Shown here in pieces: positions 1 through 9,593 of a stretch of DNA of 64,000 nt. Source of the DNA: Thecamonas trahens ATCC 50062 (taxonomy: Eukaryota; Protista; Apusomonadida); NCBI RefSeq assembly GCF_000142905.1, contig NW_013657663.1, forward strand, positions 434,001 to 498,000. The letters are read 5' to 3'. The translations under genes were made by a program, and so were the position numbers. A model generated the notes under the pieces. It ran no database searches, had not been told where the DNA came from, and saw only the letters and a program-made list of their open reading frames with translations. Numbering within the stretch: position 1 is the stretch's first letter; the number at the start of each line of letters is the position of its first letter.

Positions 1-3000
1 TCGCTTGGCGAGGTGGTCGAGGATTCGGGCGACACGGTGAAGCTCCGTGTGCGCGGCGAGGAGGTGACGCTACCGGCGAGCGAGTTGTCGGCGGTGAACC
101 CGCCGCGGTTCGACAAGGTTGACGACATGTCGTCGCTGACGCACCTGTCGGACGCCACGGTGCTGCACAACCTCAAGGAGCGGTACTTTGCCAACATGAT
201 CTACACGTACTCGGGCCTCTTTTGCGTGGTCATCAACCCGTACAAGATCCTGCCCATCTACACGCAGGAGGTTGTCGACCGGTACAAGGGCAAGCGCCGG
301 GCCGAGATCGAGCCGCACGTCTTCACCGTCGCCGACGAGGCGTACCGGTCAATGATGGAGGAGCGGCAGAACCAGTCGATGCTCATTACCGGTGAGTCTG
401 GCGCCGGTAAGACGGTGAACACCAAGAAGGTGATCCAGTACTTGGCGGCCATTGCCGGGCGCATGTCGTCGGACGGCAAGCGTGGCGAGCTCGAGGAGCA
501 GCTCATCCAGGCCAACCCGATTCTGGAGTCGTTTGGTAACGCCAAGACGATCCGTAACGACAACTCGTCGCGGTTTGGCAAGTTCATCGAGATTCAGTTC
601 ACCTCGACCGGGCTCATTGCTGGAGGCGTCATCGACGTCTACCTGCTCGAGAAGTCGCGCATCGTGTACCAGGCCGACAACGAGCGCAACTTCCACATCT
701 TCTACCACCTGCTCAAGGGAGCGCCGCAGGCCATCCGTGATGAGCTCCAGCTGACCCGCTGCGAGGACTACCGCTGGCTGCGCGAGGGCACGTACGATGT
801 GCGCGGTATGGACGACACCGAGGGATACGAGGAGGTCGCCGAGGCGTGGGAGACCATGGGCGTGCCTATGGAGGAGGTCATGGTCACTTACCGGTGCGCC
901 GCCGCCATCCTGCACCTCGGTAACGCGACTTTTACCCAGTCGCGCCGGTCCGAGGATGCGCAGGCCGACGACACCTGCCGCGCCGCGCTCGCCGCGGCGG
1001 AGCAGCTCCTCGGCCTCGCTGAGGGCTCGCTCGCCAAGGCTATCCTCAAGCCGCGGCTCAAGGCCGGTGGCGAGTGGGTTAACAAGTCGCGCTCGGCCGC
1101 CCAGGCCAAGTACGTTGTCGAGGCCCTTGCCAAGTCGCTTTACGACCGGCTCTTCCGCTACATTGTCGCCCGCATCAACGTCTCGCTCCAGAACAAGGAG
1201 ACCCGCGACCTGTTCATCGGCGTCCTCGACATTTCTGGGTTCGAGATCTTTGAGGTCAACTCTTTCGAGCAGCTCTGCATCAACTACACGAACGAGAAGC
1301 TCCAGCAGTTCTTCAACAACCACATGTTCAAGCTAGAGCAGGAGGAGTACATGCGCGAGCAGATCGAGTGGGACATGATCGACTTTGGTCTCGACCTCGA
1401 GCCCACCATTGCGCTCATCGAGCAGACGACCAACCCGTTCGGCATTCTCTCTATCCTTGACGAGCAGTGCTCGTTCCCCAAGGCGAGCGACGAGACCTTT
1501 GTCGACAAGCTCGCCGAGCTCCATGCCGACAAGCATCCCAAGTTTGAGCTGCCCAAGTTCTCCAAGACCAAGTTCACCATCAAGCACTACGCCGGCAACG
1601 TCGAGTACGATGTCGAGGACTGGCTCGAGAAGAACCGCGACAAGCTTGACGATCCCATTGCTGTTGTCATGCAGGACTCGACCGACAACTCGATCTCGGC
1701 CCTCTTTGACGACCTCAACCCGCCGCGCGAGGGCGTGGCCCTCAAGGCTGGCCGCGGCTCCAAGAAGGTCTCGCGGCCGTACATCTCACAGGCACACAAG
1801 ACTCAGCTGTTCTCGCTCATGTCCACCCTCCGCTCCACCACGCCGCACTTTATCCGCTGCATCAAGCCAAATGAGGAGAAGCGTCCCGGCCACATCGACG
1901 CCCACATGGTGCTCGACCAGCTGCGGTGCAACGGTGTGCTCGAGGGCATCCGCATTTGTCGCAAGGGCTTCCCCAACCGGCTGCAGTTCTCCGAGTTCCG
2001 CGACCGCTACAAGATCCTCGCTCCAGGCAAGGTCCCCGACTCGATGATGGACTCGAAGAAGGCGTGCACCATCATTGTCGAGCACGTCGGCATCGACGCC
2101 TCGCAGTACCGTGTCGGTGTCTCCAAGATCTTCTTCAAGGCCGGTCGCCTTGCCGAGCTTGAGGAGCTTCGCGACGACATTCTCTCGCGCATGCTCACCA
2201 AGCTGCAGGCCGTCATCCGAGGCCATCTTGCCCGCACCCAGTACTCGGTCATGGTCGAGAACTCGCGTGCTGTGGAGATTCTGCAGCGCTCCATCAAGAT
2301 GTACCAGAAGCTCCGCCACTGGGGCTGGTGGGAGCTCTTTGCCAAGATGCGCCCCATGCTCAAGCACGAGGACATCGAGGCCGAGATGCGCAAGAAAGAC
2401 GAGGAGATTGCTTCCCGCGAGGCTCGCCTTGCCGAGATGGAGGCTGCCCGCAAGGCGGAGGAGGAGCGCGCTGCCAACATGGCCAAGGACGTCGAGGCCA
2501 TGAAGGCCAAGGTCCAGGAGGCCGAAGCTGCTGCTGCCGCCGAGAAGGCCCGCCTTGCCGCCGAGCGCGCCGAGGCCGAGGCTGCCGCCGCCGCCGAGCG
2601 CCAGCGCATCCTCGACGAGCAGGAGGCTGAGCGTCGCCGCATCGAGCGTGAGCTCGAGGACGCCAAGGGCCGCTCCAAGGAAGAGGCCAAGCGCCTCCGC
2701 GAGAAGCTCGAGAAGGAGCGCGAGGAGCTTGAGCGCCGTGCCGAGGACGAGCGGGCCCGTGCCGCCGAGGAGCTCCAGCGCGAGCAGGAGCGCATCGCCC
2801 GCGAGAAGCGCGAGGCCATCGAGCGCATGGAGAAGGAGAAGGCCGACATGGAGGCTGCTCTCGAGCGCCGCCGCGCCGAGCTCGAGGCCGAGATGCGCAA
2901 GACCGCTCGCAAGCTCGAGATCGAGCGCGAGGACCGCGCCTCGGAGGCCGAGAAGCGCGCCCGCGTCGAGAAGCAAAAGTCCGACCTCGAGAACCGCCTT

Positions 3001-6000
3001 GCCGAGCTCGAGGCCGACCTCGAGGACGAGCGCGCCCGCGTCTCGTCGCTCGAGTCGGAGAAGCGCCGTCTGCAGGGCGAGCTCTCGTCGACCTCGTCGC
3101 GCCTGGCCACCGAGGAGTCGGAGCGCTCCTCCGCCGAGTCGCAGATTACCTCGGCCCAGGCCCAGCTTAACCAGCTCTCCGCCGAGCTGGCTGACAAGAA
3201 GGCTGCTCTTGAGCGCGCCACCTCGCAGGCCTCGTCGCTCTCGCGCGAGCGCGACTCGCTCGAGGACGAGCTTGAGGAGATGGAGCGCGCCAAGGCCAAC
3301 GCCGAGCGCTCGGCCAAGAACACCAGCAAGGAGCTCGCCGACCTCCGCATCGCACTCGATGACGCCGAGCGCCGTGCCGAGGAGGCCTCGCGCAATGCCC
3401 GTCGCGCCGAGTCCAAGGCCAAGGCGGCCGCCGCGGCTGCTGCCGAATCGTCGGGCCGCGGCTCGACCTCGGACGCCGAGGTTGAGCAGCTCAACGCCAT
3501 GATCCGCTCACTCCGCGAGCAGGTCGCCACGCTCGAGGGCAAGCTTGGCTCTGAGTCTCGTCTCCGCAAGAACCTCTCCCGCAACGTGGACGAGCTGCAG
3601 GACGACCTCGAGGCTGCCGAGACTGCCAAGGCCGACGCCGAGCGCCGCGCCAAGCGCCTGGCTGCGGACCTGTCCGAGGCCCAGGCTGACATTGCCGACG
3701 GCGAGACCGAGCGCGAGGACCTCCTCGCCCAGCTCGCGGCACGCACTCAGGAGGTTGAGGCAGCCCGTGCCGAGGCCATCACGGCTGGCTCGGCCGCGTC
3801 GGCCGAGACCATGGCCCAGATTACCAAGCTCCAGTCGGAGCTGGCTGCCGCCGAGGACGAGGCCGAGACTGCCGCCCGCGGCAAGACTGCAGCCGACAAG
3901 TCGCTCCGCAAGCTCAAGACCGAGCTTGACGAGGCCAAGCGGACGCTCGAGGAGGAAGCCCGTGCCAAGGCCGACCTCTCGAAGAAGGTCTCCAAGTCGC
4001 AGGTCGAGATCGCGTCTCTCAAGGAGCAGGCTGCCGAGGCCAACCGGTCGGCCACGACTGCCAAGACCTCGCTTTCGTCGGTCCAGGAGCAGCTCGTCAA
4101 GGCCCGTAACGAGGCCGAGGCTGCCGCGCGCGCCAAGTCGTCGGCCGAGAAGAAGCTCCGCGCTGTTACCATCGAGCTCGATGACCTCAAGGAGCAGCTC
4201 TCCGAGGCCGAGACGACCGCCACCGACGCCACGGTCCGCATTCGCCTGCTCGAGACTGAGCTCCGCGACGCCCAGTTCCGCGCCGAGGAGGAAGAGGACG
4301 CCGCCGCCACGCTGCGTGCCGAGCTCGACCGGCTTCGCCGCGAGGGCGGCGGGGCCGGCTCGGCCGGCATCGACACCGCCTCGGCCGGCAAGCTCGAGGA
4401 CCTCGAGCGCGAGGTCCGCTCTCTCCAGATTGCACTCAACAACGCCAAGGAGGACGCCGACGACGAGCGCCGCAAGCGCATGTCGGCCGAGCGCGCTGCG
4501 CTTGCTGCCACCAACGAAGCCGAGGACTTCCGCGAGCAGCTCGACAACGCGAAGGCCACCATCGAAGCTGTCGGCGACGGCAAGGCTGCGCTCGAGCGCC
4601 AGATCCAGATGCTCCGTGCCGCGCTCTCGGCCGAGCAGGCCTCGCACCTCCAGGCGCAGCTCCGGCTCTCCAAGATGGAGCAACAGGCTGCCGAGACGTC
4701 GGGCACGCTCGCCCGCCTCGAGGCCGCCCGCGAGAACGAGCTCAAGCTCCGCCGCGAGGCCCAGGCCAAGCTCCGCGATGCCGCCGAGGACGTCGACGAC
4801 GCCAAGCGCGTGGTCGAGCAGATCGAGCGCTCCAAGCGCCTCCTCACCGACGAGATCACCGCCCTCAAGGACGAGCTCGTCGATGCCGGCGAGGATCTGC
4901 AGGCTGTCGAGGCCAAGCGCCGTGCGCTCTTTGAGGAGCTCGAGGAGCTGCGCGCCAACGCCAACGCCGGCGCCGGCGCGCAGACGCTTTCGCTTCAGGA
5001 GGAGAAGCGCTCGCTGCAGAGCCAGCTCGACGAGGCCAAGCTTGCTGCGGCCGAGGCCAACAAGCAGGTCGCTGCCGCCACTAAGACCAACAAGAAGTTC
5101 ACCGCCGATCTCAAGGCTGTCAACGCCCGCCTCAAGGAGGAGTCGGCCAAGCTCCGTGCCGCCGAGAAGACCAAGAAGCAACTCAAGCGCGACCTCGCCA
5201 AGGCTGTCTCGGACTGCGCCACCGCCCGGAAGGAGAAGGGCACCGCCGAGCGTAACGCCGCGGCGGCCACGACACAGCTCGACGACTACAAGGCCCGCTT
5301 TGAGGTGCTCAACAAGGCCAAGACGACGCTCGAGAAGTCCAAGACGGCACTGGAGAACCAGCTCGACGACCTGCGTGACGCGCTCGAGGTTGAGAAGCGT
5401 CACAAGACGCAGCAGATCGAGAAGCGTCGCGAGTACGAGACCGAGCTGCATGCTGTCCGCCAGCAAGCCGAGACCGCGTCGGCCGCCGGCTCGGGTGCCT
5501 CGGGCGAGGCCATTGACGAGCTCAAGCGCCAACACATTCTCGAGATGGCCGACGTCAAGAAGTCGATGGCAGCTGACTTTGCCGTGCAGATCGAGACCCT
5601 CGAGTCGGCCAAGCGCTCGCTCCGCGCCAAGAACGAGAAGCTCAAGCAGCTGGTCGAGGACCTTGAGCGCGAGAACTCGTCGATGGAGAAGCAGATGCAG
5701 CGCGCGGTGCGCGAGGCCGAGGAGGCGACGTCCAAGCTTGACGACGAGATCAAGAGCCGCATGGAGTTTGAGAAGGCAAACCGGGCCCTGACTCAGGAGA
5801 ACAAGAGCCTCAAGCACAAGCACGAGGTTGCAGAGACCCACCGCAACGCGCTGGTCGAAGAGAAGGCCTCTGTCACGGTTGCCCACCAGGAGGCCTCGTC
5901 GCGTGCCGACGACGCCGCCCGCAACGCCATGCTCGCCGAGCAAAAGCACAAGCAGCTAGTCGCCGAGCACGACGCGCTCCAGGACGAGCTCGACGACGTG

Positions 6001-7272
6001 ACCACGGCGCTCCGCGAGGAGGAGGAGAAGGCCGCGCTCATGACCGCCGAGCTCGAGGATCTCCGCGACCAGCTGGCCGAGGAGGAGGCTGCCCGCAACG
6101 AGTGGGAGTCGTCCAAGATCGACCTCGAGGATGAGGTCTCGGCGCTCCGCGAGCAGATCGAGACCGAGGCCGCCGAGCGGACCGAGGCCATGGAGGAGTC
6201 GCGCAATGCGTTGCTCAAGGACGTGCGCGAGCTCTCGGAGCGCTGCGAGGCCGAGGAGAAGCAGAAGCTCGAGCTCGAGAAGGCCAACCGCCGGCTCGAG
6301 AACGCCGCCGAGGACCTTCGCGACGAGATCAACGCGCTCAAGCGTGCCAACCTTGACGCCGAGAAGAACGTCGCCCGCATCTCGTCCGAGCTTACGGCCG
6401 CGTCGGAGAAGCTCAAGGAGGAGACCTCGCTCCGCGCCGAGTTTGAGCTCTCGTCCAAGCGCTTCGAGATGCAGCTCAAGGAGGCAACCGAGCAGCTCGC
6501 CGACGAGACCCGCGCCCTGGAGAATGCCCGCGCTAAGAGCAAGACCCAGGACGAGCGGCTGCAGAACGCCCTGCTCGAGCTCGATGAGGAGCGTGCCGCC
6601 GTCGCCTCGCTTCACTCGGCCACCCGCGAGCTCGAGTCGGAGCTCGAGGACGTCCGCGACAAGCTCGAGGAGACTGAGACCGAGAACCGCATCCTGGAGG
6701 ATGCTGTCTTCAAGCTCAACAAGCAGATTGACGACATGCACCAGGAGCTGACCAAGACCGATGCCACCAACATCAAGCTCGAGAAGGCTAACCTCGCCTA
6801 CGAGCGCGACCTCAAGGATCTGCAGCAGCGCCTCTCAACCTCGGACGGCCGCTCGCGCACTTCGGTCGAGCGTATCAAGGCTCGCCTCGAGTCCAAGGTC
6901 GCCGACCTCAACAAGCGCCTTGCCGCCGAGACCAAGACCAAGCTCGAGCAGCAGAAGCTCAACCGTGCCCTCAAGAAGGAGGTCCGCGAGGCCAAGGCTG
7001 CCGCCAAGGAGGCGTCCAAGGCCCAGGCCCGCGCAGAGTCCAAGGCCGCAAAGTCGACCGCTCGCCTCGCCTCGCTCCGCGACGAGTACGATGAGGCCAC
7101 GACCTCGCTCAACCAGGTCGAGACCGACCGGCGCAAGCTCCAGCGCGACGTCCAGTCGTGGTCCGAGCAGAAGGCCCGCCTCAACGACGAGATCGACCGC
7201 CTCAAGGACAAGCTCTCGCTCGAGACCAAGGCCAACCTCGAGCTCCGTGCTAAGCTCACCGAGATCGCATAA
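1..7272 (+). CDS. Myosin II heavy chain (5'-partial; frame open from base 1)
   Basis: P-loop GESGAGKT, switch I NDNSSRFGK, switch II DISGFE, relay EQEEY..IDFGLDL, converter QLRCNGVLEGIRICRKGFPNR, two IQ-like motifs, WGWW..MRPML hook, then about 1600 aa of charged coiled-coil tail. Confidence 0.97.
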   Translation, partial: SLGEVVEDSGDTVKLRVRGEEVTLPASELSAVNPPRFDKVDDMSSLTHLSDATVLHNLKERYFANMIYTYSGLFCVVINPYKILPIYTQEVVDRYKGKRRAEIEPHVFTVADEAYRSMMEERQNQSMLITGESGAGKTVNTKKVIQYLAAIAGRMSSDGKRGELEEQLIQANPILESFGNAKTIRNDNSSRFGKFIEIQFTSTGLIAGGVIDVYLLEKSRIVYQADNERNFHIFYHLLKGAPQAIRDELQLTRCEDYRWLREGTYDVRGMDDTEGYEEVAEAWETMGVPMEEVMVTYRCAAAILHLGNATFTQSRRSEDAQADDTCRAALAAAEQLLGLAEGSLAKAILKPRLKAGGEWVNKSRSAAQAKYVVEALAKSLYDRLFRYIVARINVSLQNKETRDLFIGVLDISGFEIFEVNSFEQLCINYTNEKLQQFFNNHMFKLEQEEYMREQIEWDMIDFGLDLEPTIALIEQTTNPFGILSILDEQCSFPKASDETFVDKLAELHADKHPKFELPKFSKTKFTIKHYAGNVEYDVEDWLEKNRDKLDDPIAVVMQDSTDNSISALFDDLNPPREGVALKAGRGSKKVSRPYISQAHKTQLFSLMSTLRSTTPHFIRCIKPNEEKRPGHIDAHMVLDQLRCNGVLEGIRICRKGFPNRLQFSEFRDRYKILAPGKVPDSMMDSKKACTIIVEHVGIDASQYRVGVSKIFFKAGRLAELEELRDDILSRMLTKLQAVIRGHLARTQYSVMVENSRAVEILQRSIKMYQKLRHWGWWELFAKMRPMLKHEDIEAEMRKKDEEIASREARLAEMEAARKAEEERAANMAKDVEAMKAKVQEAEAAAAAEKARLAAERAEAEAAAAAERQRILDEQEAERRRIERELEDAKGRSKEEAKRLREKLEKEREELERRAEDERARAAEELQREQERIAREKREAIERMEKEKADMEAALERRRAELEAEMRKTARKLEIEREDRASEAEKRARVEKQKSDLENRLAELEADLEDERARVSSLESEKRRLQGELSSTSSRLATEESERSSAESQITSAQAQLNQLSAELADKKAALERATSQASSLSRERDSLEDELEEMERAKANAERSAKNTSKELADLRIALDDAERRAEEASRNARRAESKAKAAAAAAAESSGRGSTSDAEVEQLNAMIRSLREQVATLEGKLGSESRLRKNLSRNVDELQDDLEAAETAKADAERRAKRLAADLSEAQADIADGETEREDLLAQLAARTQEVEAARAEAITAGSAASAETMAQITKLQSELAAAEDEAETAARGKTAADKSLRKLKTELDEAKRTLEEEARAKADLSKKVSKSQVEIASLKEQAAEANRSATTAKTSLSSVQEQLVKARNEAEAAARAKSSAEKKLRAVTIELDDLKEQLSEAETTATDATVRIRLLETELRDAQFRAEEEEDAAATLRAELDRLRREGGGAGSAGIDTASAGKLEDLEREVRSLQIALNNAKEDADDERRKRMSAERAALAATNEAEDFREQLDNAKATIEAVGDGKAALERQIQMLRAALSAEQASHLQAQLRLSKMEQQAAETSGTLARLEAARENELKLRREAQAKLRDAAEDVDDAKRVVEQIERSKRLLTDEITALKDELVDAGEDLQAVEAKRRALFEELEELRANANAGAGAQTLSLQEEKRSLQSQLDEAKLAAAEANKQVAAATKTNKKFTADLKAVNARLKEESAKLRAAEKTKKQLKRDLAKAVSDCATARKEKGTAERNAAAATTQLDDYKARFEVLNKAKTTLEKSKTALENQLDDLRDALEVEKRHKTQQIEKRREYETELHAVRQQAETASAAGSGASGEAIDELKRQHILEMADVKKSMAADFAVQIETLESAKRSLRAKNEKLKQLVEDLERENSSMEKQMQRAVREAEEATSKLDDEIKSRMEFEKANRALTQENKSLKHKHEVAETHRNALVEEKASVTVAHQEASSRADDAARNAMLAEQKHKQLVAEHDALQDELDDVTTALREEEEKAALMTAELEDLRDQLAEEEAARNEWESSKIDLEDEVSALREQIETEAAERTEAMEESRNALLKDVRELSERCEAEEKQKLELEKANRRLENAAEDLRDEINALKRANLDAEKNVARISSELTAASEKLKEETSLRAEFELSSKRFEMQLKEATEQLADETRALENARAKSKTQDERLQNALLELDEERAAVASLHSATRELESELEDVRDKLEETETENRILEDAVFKLNKQIDDMHQELTKTDATNIKLEKANLAYERDLKDLQQRLSTSDGRSRTSVERIKARLESKVADLNKRLAAETKTKLEQQKLNRALKKEVREAKAAAKEASKAQARAESKAAKSTARLASLRDEYDEATTSLNQVETDRRKLQRDVQSWSEQKARLNDEIDRLKDKLSLETKANLELRAKLTEIA

Positions 7273-7320
7273 GTCTGCTTTCGCCAGCCCACTTTCTCAT
7301 ATCATCAAACAAGTTTCATT

Positions 7321-7716
7321 TTGTCTTTTGCGCCGGATGGGCGTGATGTAGTGGTGTGTGTTGGTGTTGTGGCTGTTGTGGCTGTGGCCGGTTCGCGGGT
7401 GGCTGCTGCCATTCGTGTTGAGCAGCCGCACGGCTCAACTTGGCTCGCCAACACACCCCACTCGGCCAAGAGCGACATGGCGGAGGTTCCGGGAGACGAC
7501 GTCGCGGCGCTTCTTGCAGAGGACGGAGTTGATGCAGTGGTGTATGCCATGCCGTTCTCTGACTTTCTTCTGCTGGTTCTGGCTGTTCTGGCCATCTGCG
7601 TCTTCCTCCGCAACCTCGCCCGCCGCTGTCTCGGACACGATGCGACGGCGGCAGCTGCAGCCGATGCCCGCCGGCACAGCTCGTCACAGTCTCAGCCCAA
7701 GCCGAAGCAGTCCTAG
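7321..7716 (+). CDS. Possible small single-pass membrane protein (start uncertain; first in-frame ATG near 7477)
   Basis: The ORF fills the gap between myosin and Tfb4. It has a hydrophobic N-terminal stretch and a TM-like FLLLVLAVLAICVFL followed by basic residues. No ATG precedes the signal-like stretch. Confidence 0.35.
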   Translation: MSFAPDGRDVVVCVGVVAVVAVAGSRVAAAIRVEQPHGSTWLANTPHSAKSDMAEVPGDDVAALLAEDGVDAVVYAMPFSDFLLLVLAVLAICVFLRNLARRCLGHDATAAAAADARRHSSSQSQPKPKQS

Positions 7717-7753
7717 TCTTGAAAAGTGCACATGCAGTCACCATCGGCCGGCT

Positions 7754-9004
7754 TTACTCGATGACCATCGGTGCAGGATCGGCAGGCATGGCCGGAGCGG
7801 GCTCAGGCGGAGCAGGCGCAGGCACAGGCGCAGAGGCTGGAGCTGGCTTGGCGCGCTTGGACGAGGTGGCTTTGCGGCGCTTGCGGCGCTTGCGCGAGCC
7901 GTCGTTGCGGGGAAGGTCAAACTTGGTTCCGCACGTGGAGCAGGTGAGGGCAAACGAGCAAAAGACAGAGAGGCACGAGGAGCAGACGTAACCGATGGAG
8001 ATGGTCTTGCGGTGGCAGAAGCAGGTGGCGCGGTAGTCGATGGCAGTGAGGGTCGGGACCGAGATGTGGCGCCGGGTCATGGCGTCGGCGAGAAAGGCGG
8101 TGAGAAGGAACTGGGCCAGCGAATTCTGGGCATCAAGCGACGGCTTAACATACGCTCCGCCGGTCAGATGGGTTGCCTGCTGCAGGAAGAGCGAGTGGTC
8201 CGGAGCAAGGACGCAGGCGTCGATGGCAACCTGTAGCTTCTGCGCCGAAAAAAGCGCGTTCATGACCGAGACATACGTCGAGCCGCCATCTCCGTGCGAG
8301 GTGACAACCAGGATCCGCGGCTTGAGGGCCGGGCGGAGGGCAACGGCCCGCGAGATGCGGCAGAGCGCCACCGAGAGCGCGCCAGCCATGGCCCAGCCGC
8401 CACCGTCGACCGCTGCAGCGCGACCGACGTCACCGGTCTCCTCCACAAACCGGCGCATGGCCTCTGCCAGCTCCTTTGTCAGTGATGCACAGTGCACCCG
8501 CTCAACAGGAAGCAGAGCCGATCCCGACTTGACCGCCAGCGCCACGTCTGCCTCGACCGCCAGATCGATCTGTTCAGTAGCAGCAGCAGCAAAAGTCAGA
8601 GAAGAACCAGGAGCACCTGAGCCAGCTTGTTGTGGTGTGCCAGTGACTCTCTTTGCAGCATCAACCAGAGCCCTTGCATCCGGGTACACCACCTTTGCAT
8701 GGACACCATCAGCAGCAACCAGAACGAGAGCATTGGCATGATTGAGTGCCATGTAGGCATTGGCAAAGACAGAGATGTGTCGCCAAGCCGAAGCAAACTT
8801 TGTCTCTTCTTCCGCACTTCCGAATGATGCATCCACCACAAGTACAAGCATTGATAGATCATCTGTATGGATGGGGGGGTGAGGGGGGTCATGACCTGAG
8901 GCATGGAGGGGGGAGGGGGTGGAGGGGGGGGGGGACGGGGGGAGAGCGGGGAGGAGCGGCGTACCGGTGTGGACGTCTTCAGCACCACCCCGTTGGTCTG
9001 TCAT
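7754..9004 (-). CDS. TFB4: TFIIH subunit p34/Tfb4; exons 9004-8965 and 8862-7754
   Basis: vWA-like LVLVVD, ALSVALC, YVSVMNALFSAQK, FLQQATHLTGG and the C-terminal IDYRATCFCH..GYVCSSCLSVFC..CSTC zinc finger. A GTACGC...TACAG intron at 8964-8863 removes a Pro-rich insert. Confidence 0.93.
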   Translation of the reverse strand: MTDQRGGAEDVHTGTPLLPALPPSPPPSTPSPLHASGHDPPHPPIHTDDLSMLVLVVDASFGSAEEETKFASAWRHISVFANAYMALNHANALVLVAADGVHAKVVYPDARALVDAAKRVTGTPQQAGSGAPGSSLTFAAAATEQIDLAVEADVALAVKSGSALLPVERVHCASLTKELAEAMRRFVEETGDVGRAAAVDGGGWAMAGALSVALCRISRAVALRPALKPRILVVTSHGDGGSTYVSVMNALFSAQKLQVAIDACVLAPDHSLFLQQATHLTGGAYVKPSLDAQNSLAQFLLTAFLADAMTRRHISVPTLTAIDYRATCFCHRKTISIGYVCSSCLSVFCSFALTCSTCGTKFDLPRNDGSRKRRKRRKATSSKRAKPAPASAPVPAPAPPEPAPAMPADPAPMVIE

Positions 9005-9027
9005 GGTGGGTATGTGCGGTGGTAGTG

Positions 9028-9115
9028 GGAGAGAGAGAGAGAGAGGTGTGATGGACGTGTATATATATGTGTGTGTGTGTATGAGAGAGAGAGTGTGTGT
9101 TGTGTGTGTTGTGTG
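9028..9115. repeat. (GA)n/(TA)n/(GT)n microsatellite tract
   Basis: Directly visible dinucleotide runs. Confidence 0.8.
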
Positions 9116-9146
9116 CGGGTTGTGCGATTTGGTCGATTCGCTCGCC

Positions 9147-9338
9147 GACTCGATGGCCGACTTGCTTGCCGTGGCAGACGCGCTCTTTGGCTACTTCGGA
9201 CGGCAATGATGGGCTACGACTTGGGACTGGGCTTGATCAGAGTATAGGGATATGTGAGAGTATGATTAGTGGTGGCGATGGTGATGATGAGGGTGATATG
9301 GACTCGATGGCCGACTTGCTTGCCGTGGCAGACGCGCT
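9147..9338. repeat. 38-bp exact direct repeat (9147-9184 and 9301-9338) in the divergent Tfb4/protease intergenic region
   Basis: GACTCGATGGCCGACTTGCTTGCCGTGGCAGACGCGCT occurs twice. Confidence 0.9.
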
Positions 9339-9593
9339 ATGGCCGACTCGCTGGCACAGACCAGACTGTCATGAAGGGCAACGAGGTTAGTTTGGCCTTG
9401 GTCGTATCCATAGTCTCCCATCAAGTGCAGTTGATGGTGATGATGCAGGTGATGCAGGTGATGACGGTGATGTGGGTGTGACTGGTGGTTGACTGCGATC
9501 GCGTTGGCCTCGTCGGCTGTGGAGAGCTGCCGAGGTGGTGTGGGTGAGGGGGAGGGGGGGACTCGCCACAGCTCACTTACAAACAAGCTGGAA

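Noticed and set aside
349-7292. Long antisense and alternate-frame ORFs over myosin (e.g. 3508-5949, 813 aa; 3545-5791, 748 aa)
   Set aside because: Shadow ORFs from high GC3 codon bias; low-complexity L/G/A or R/S/P products with no motifs.
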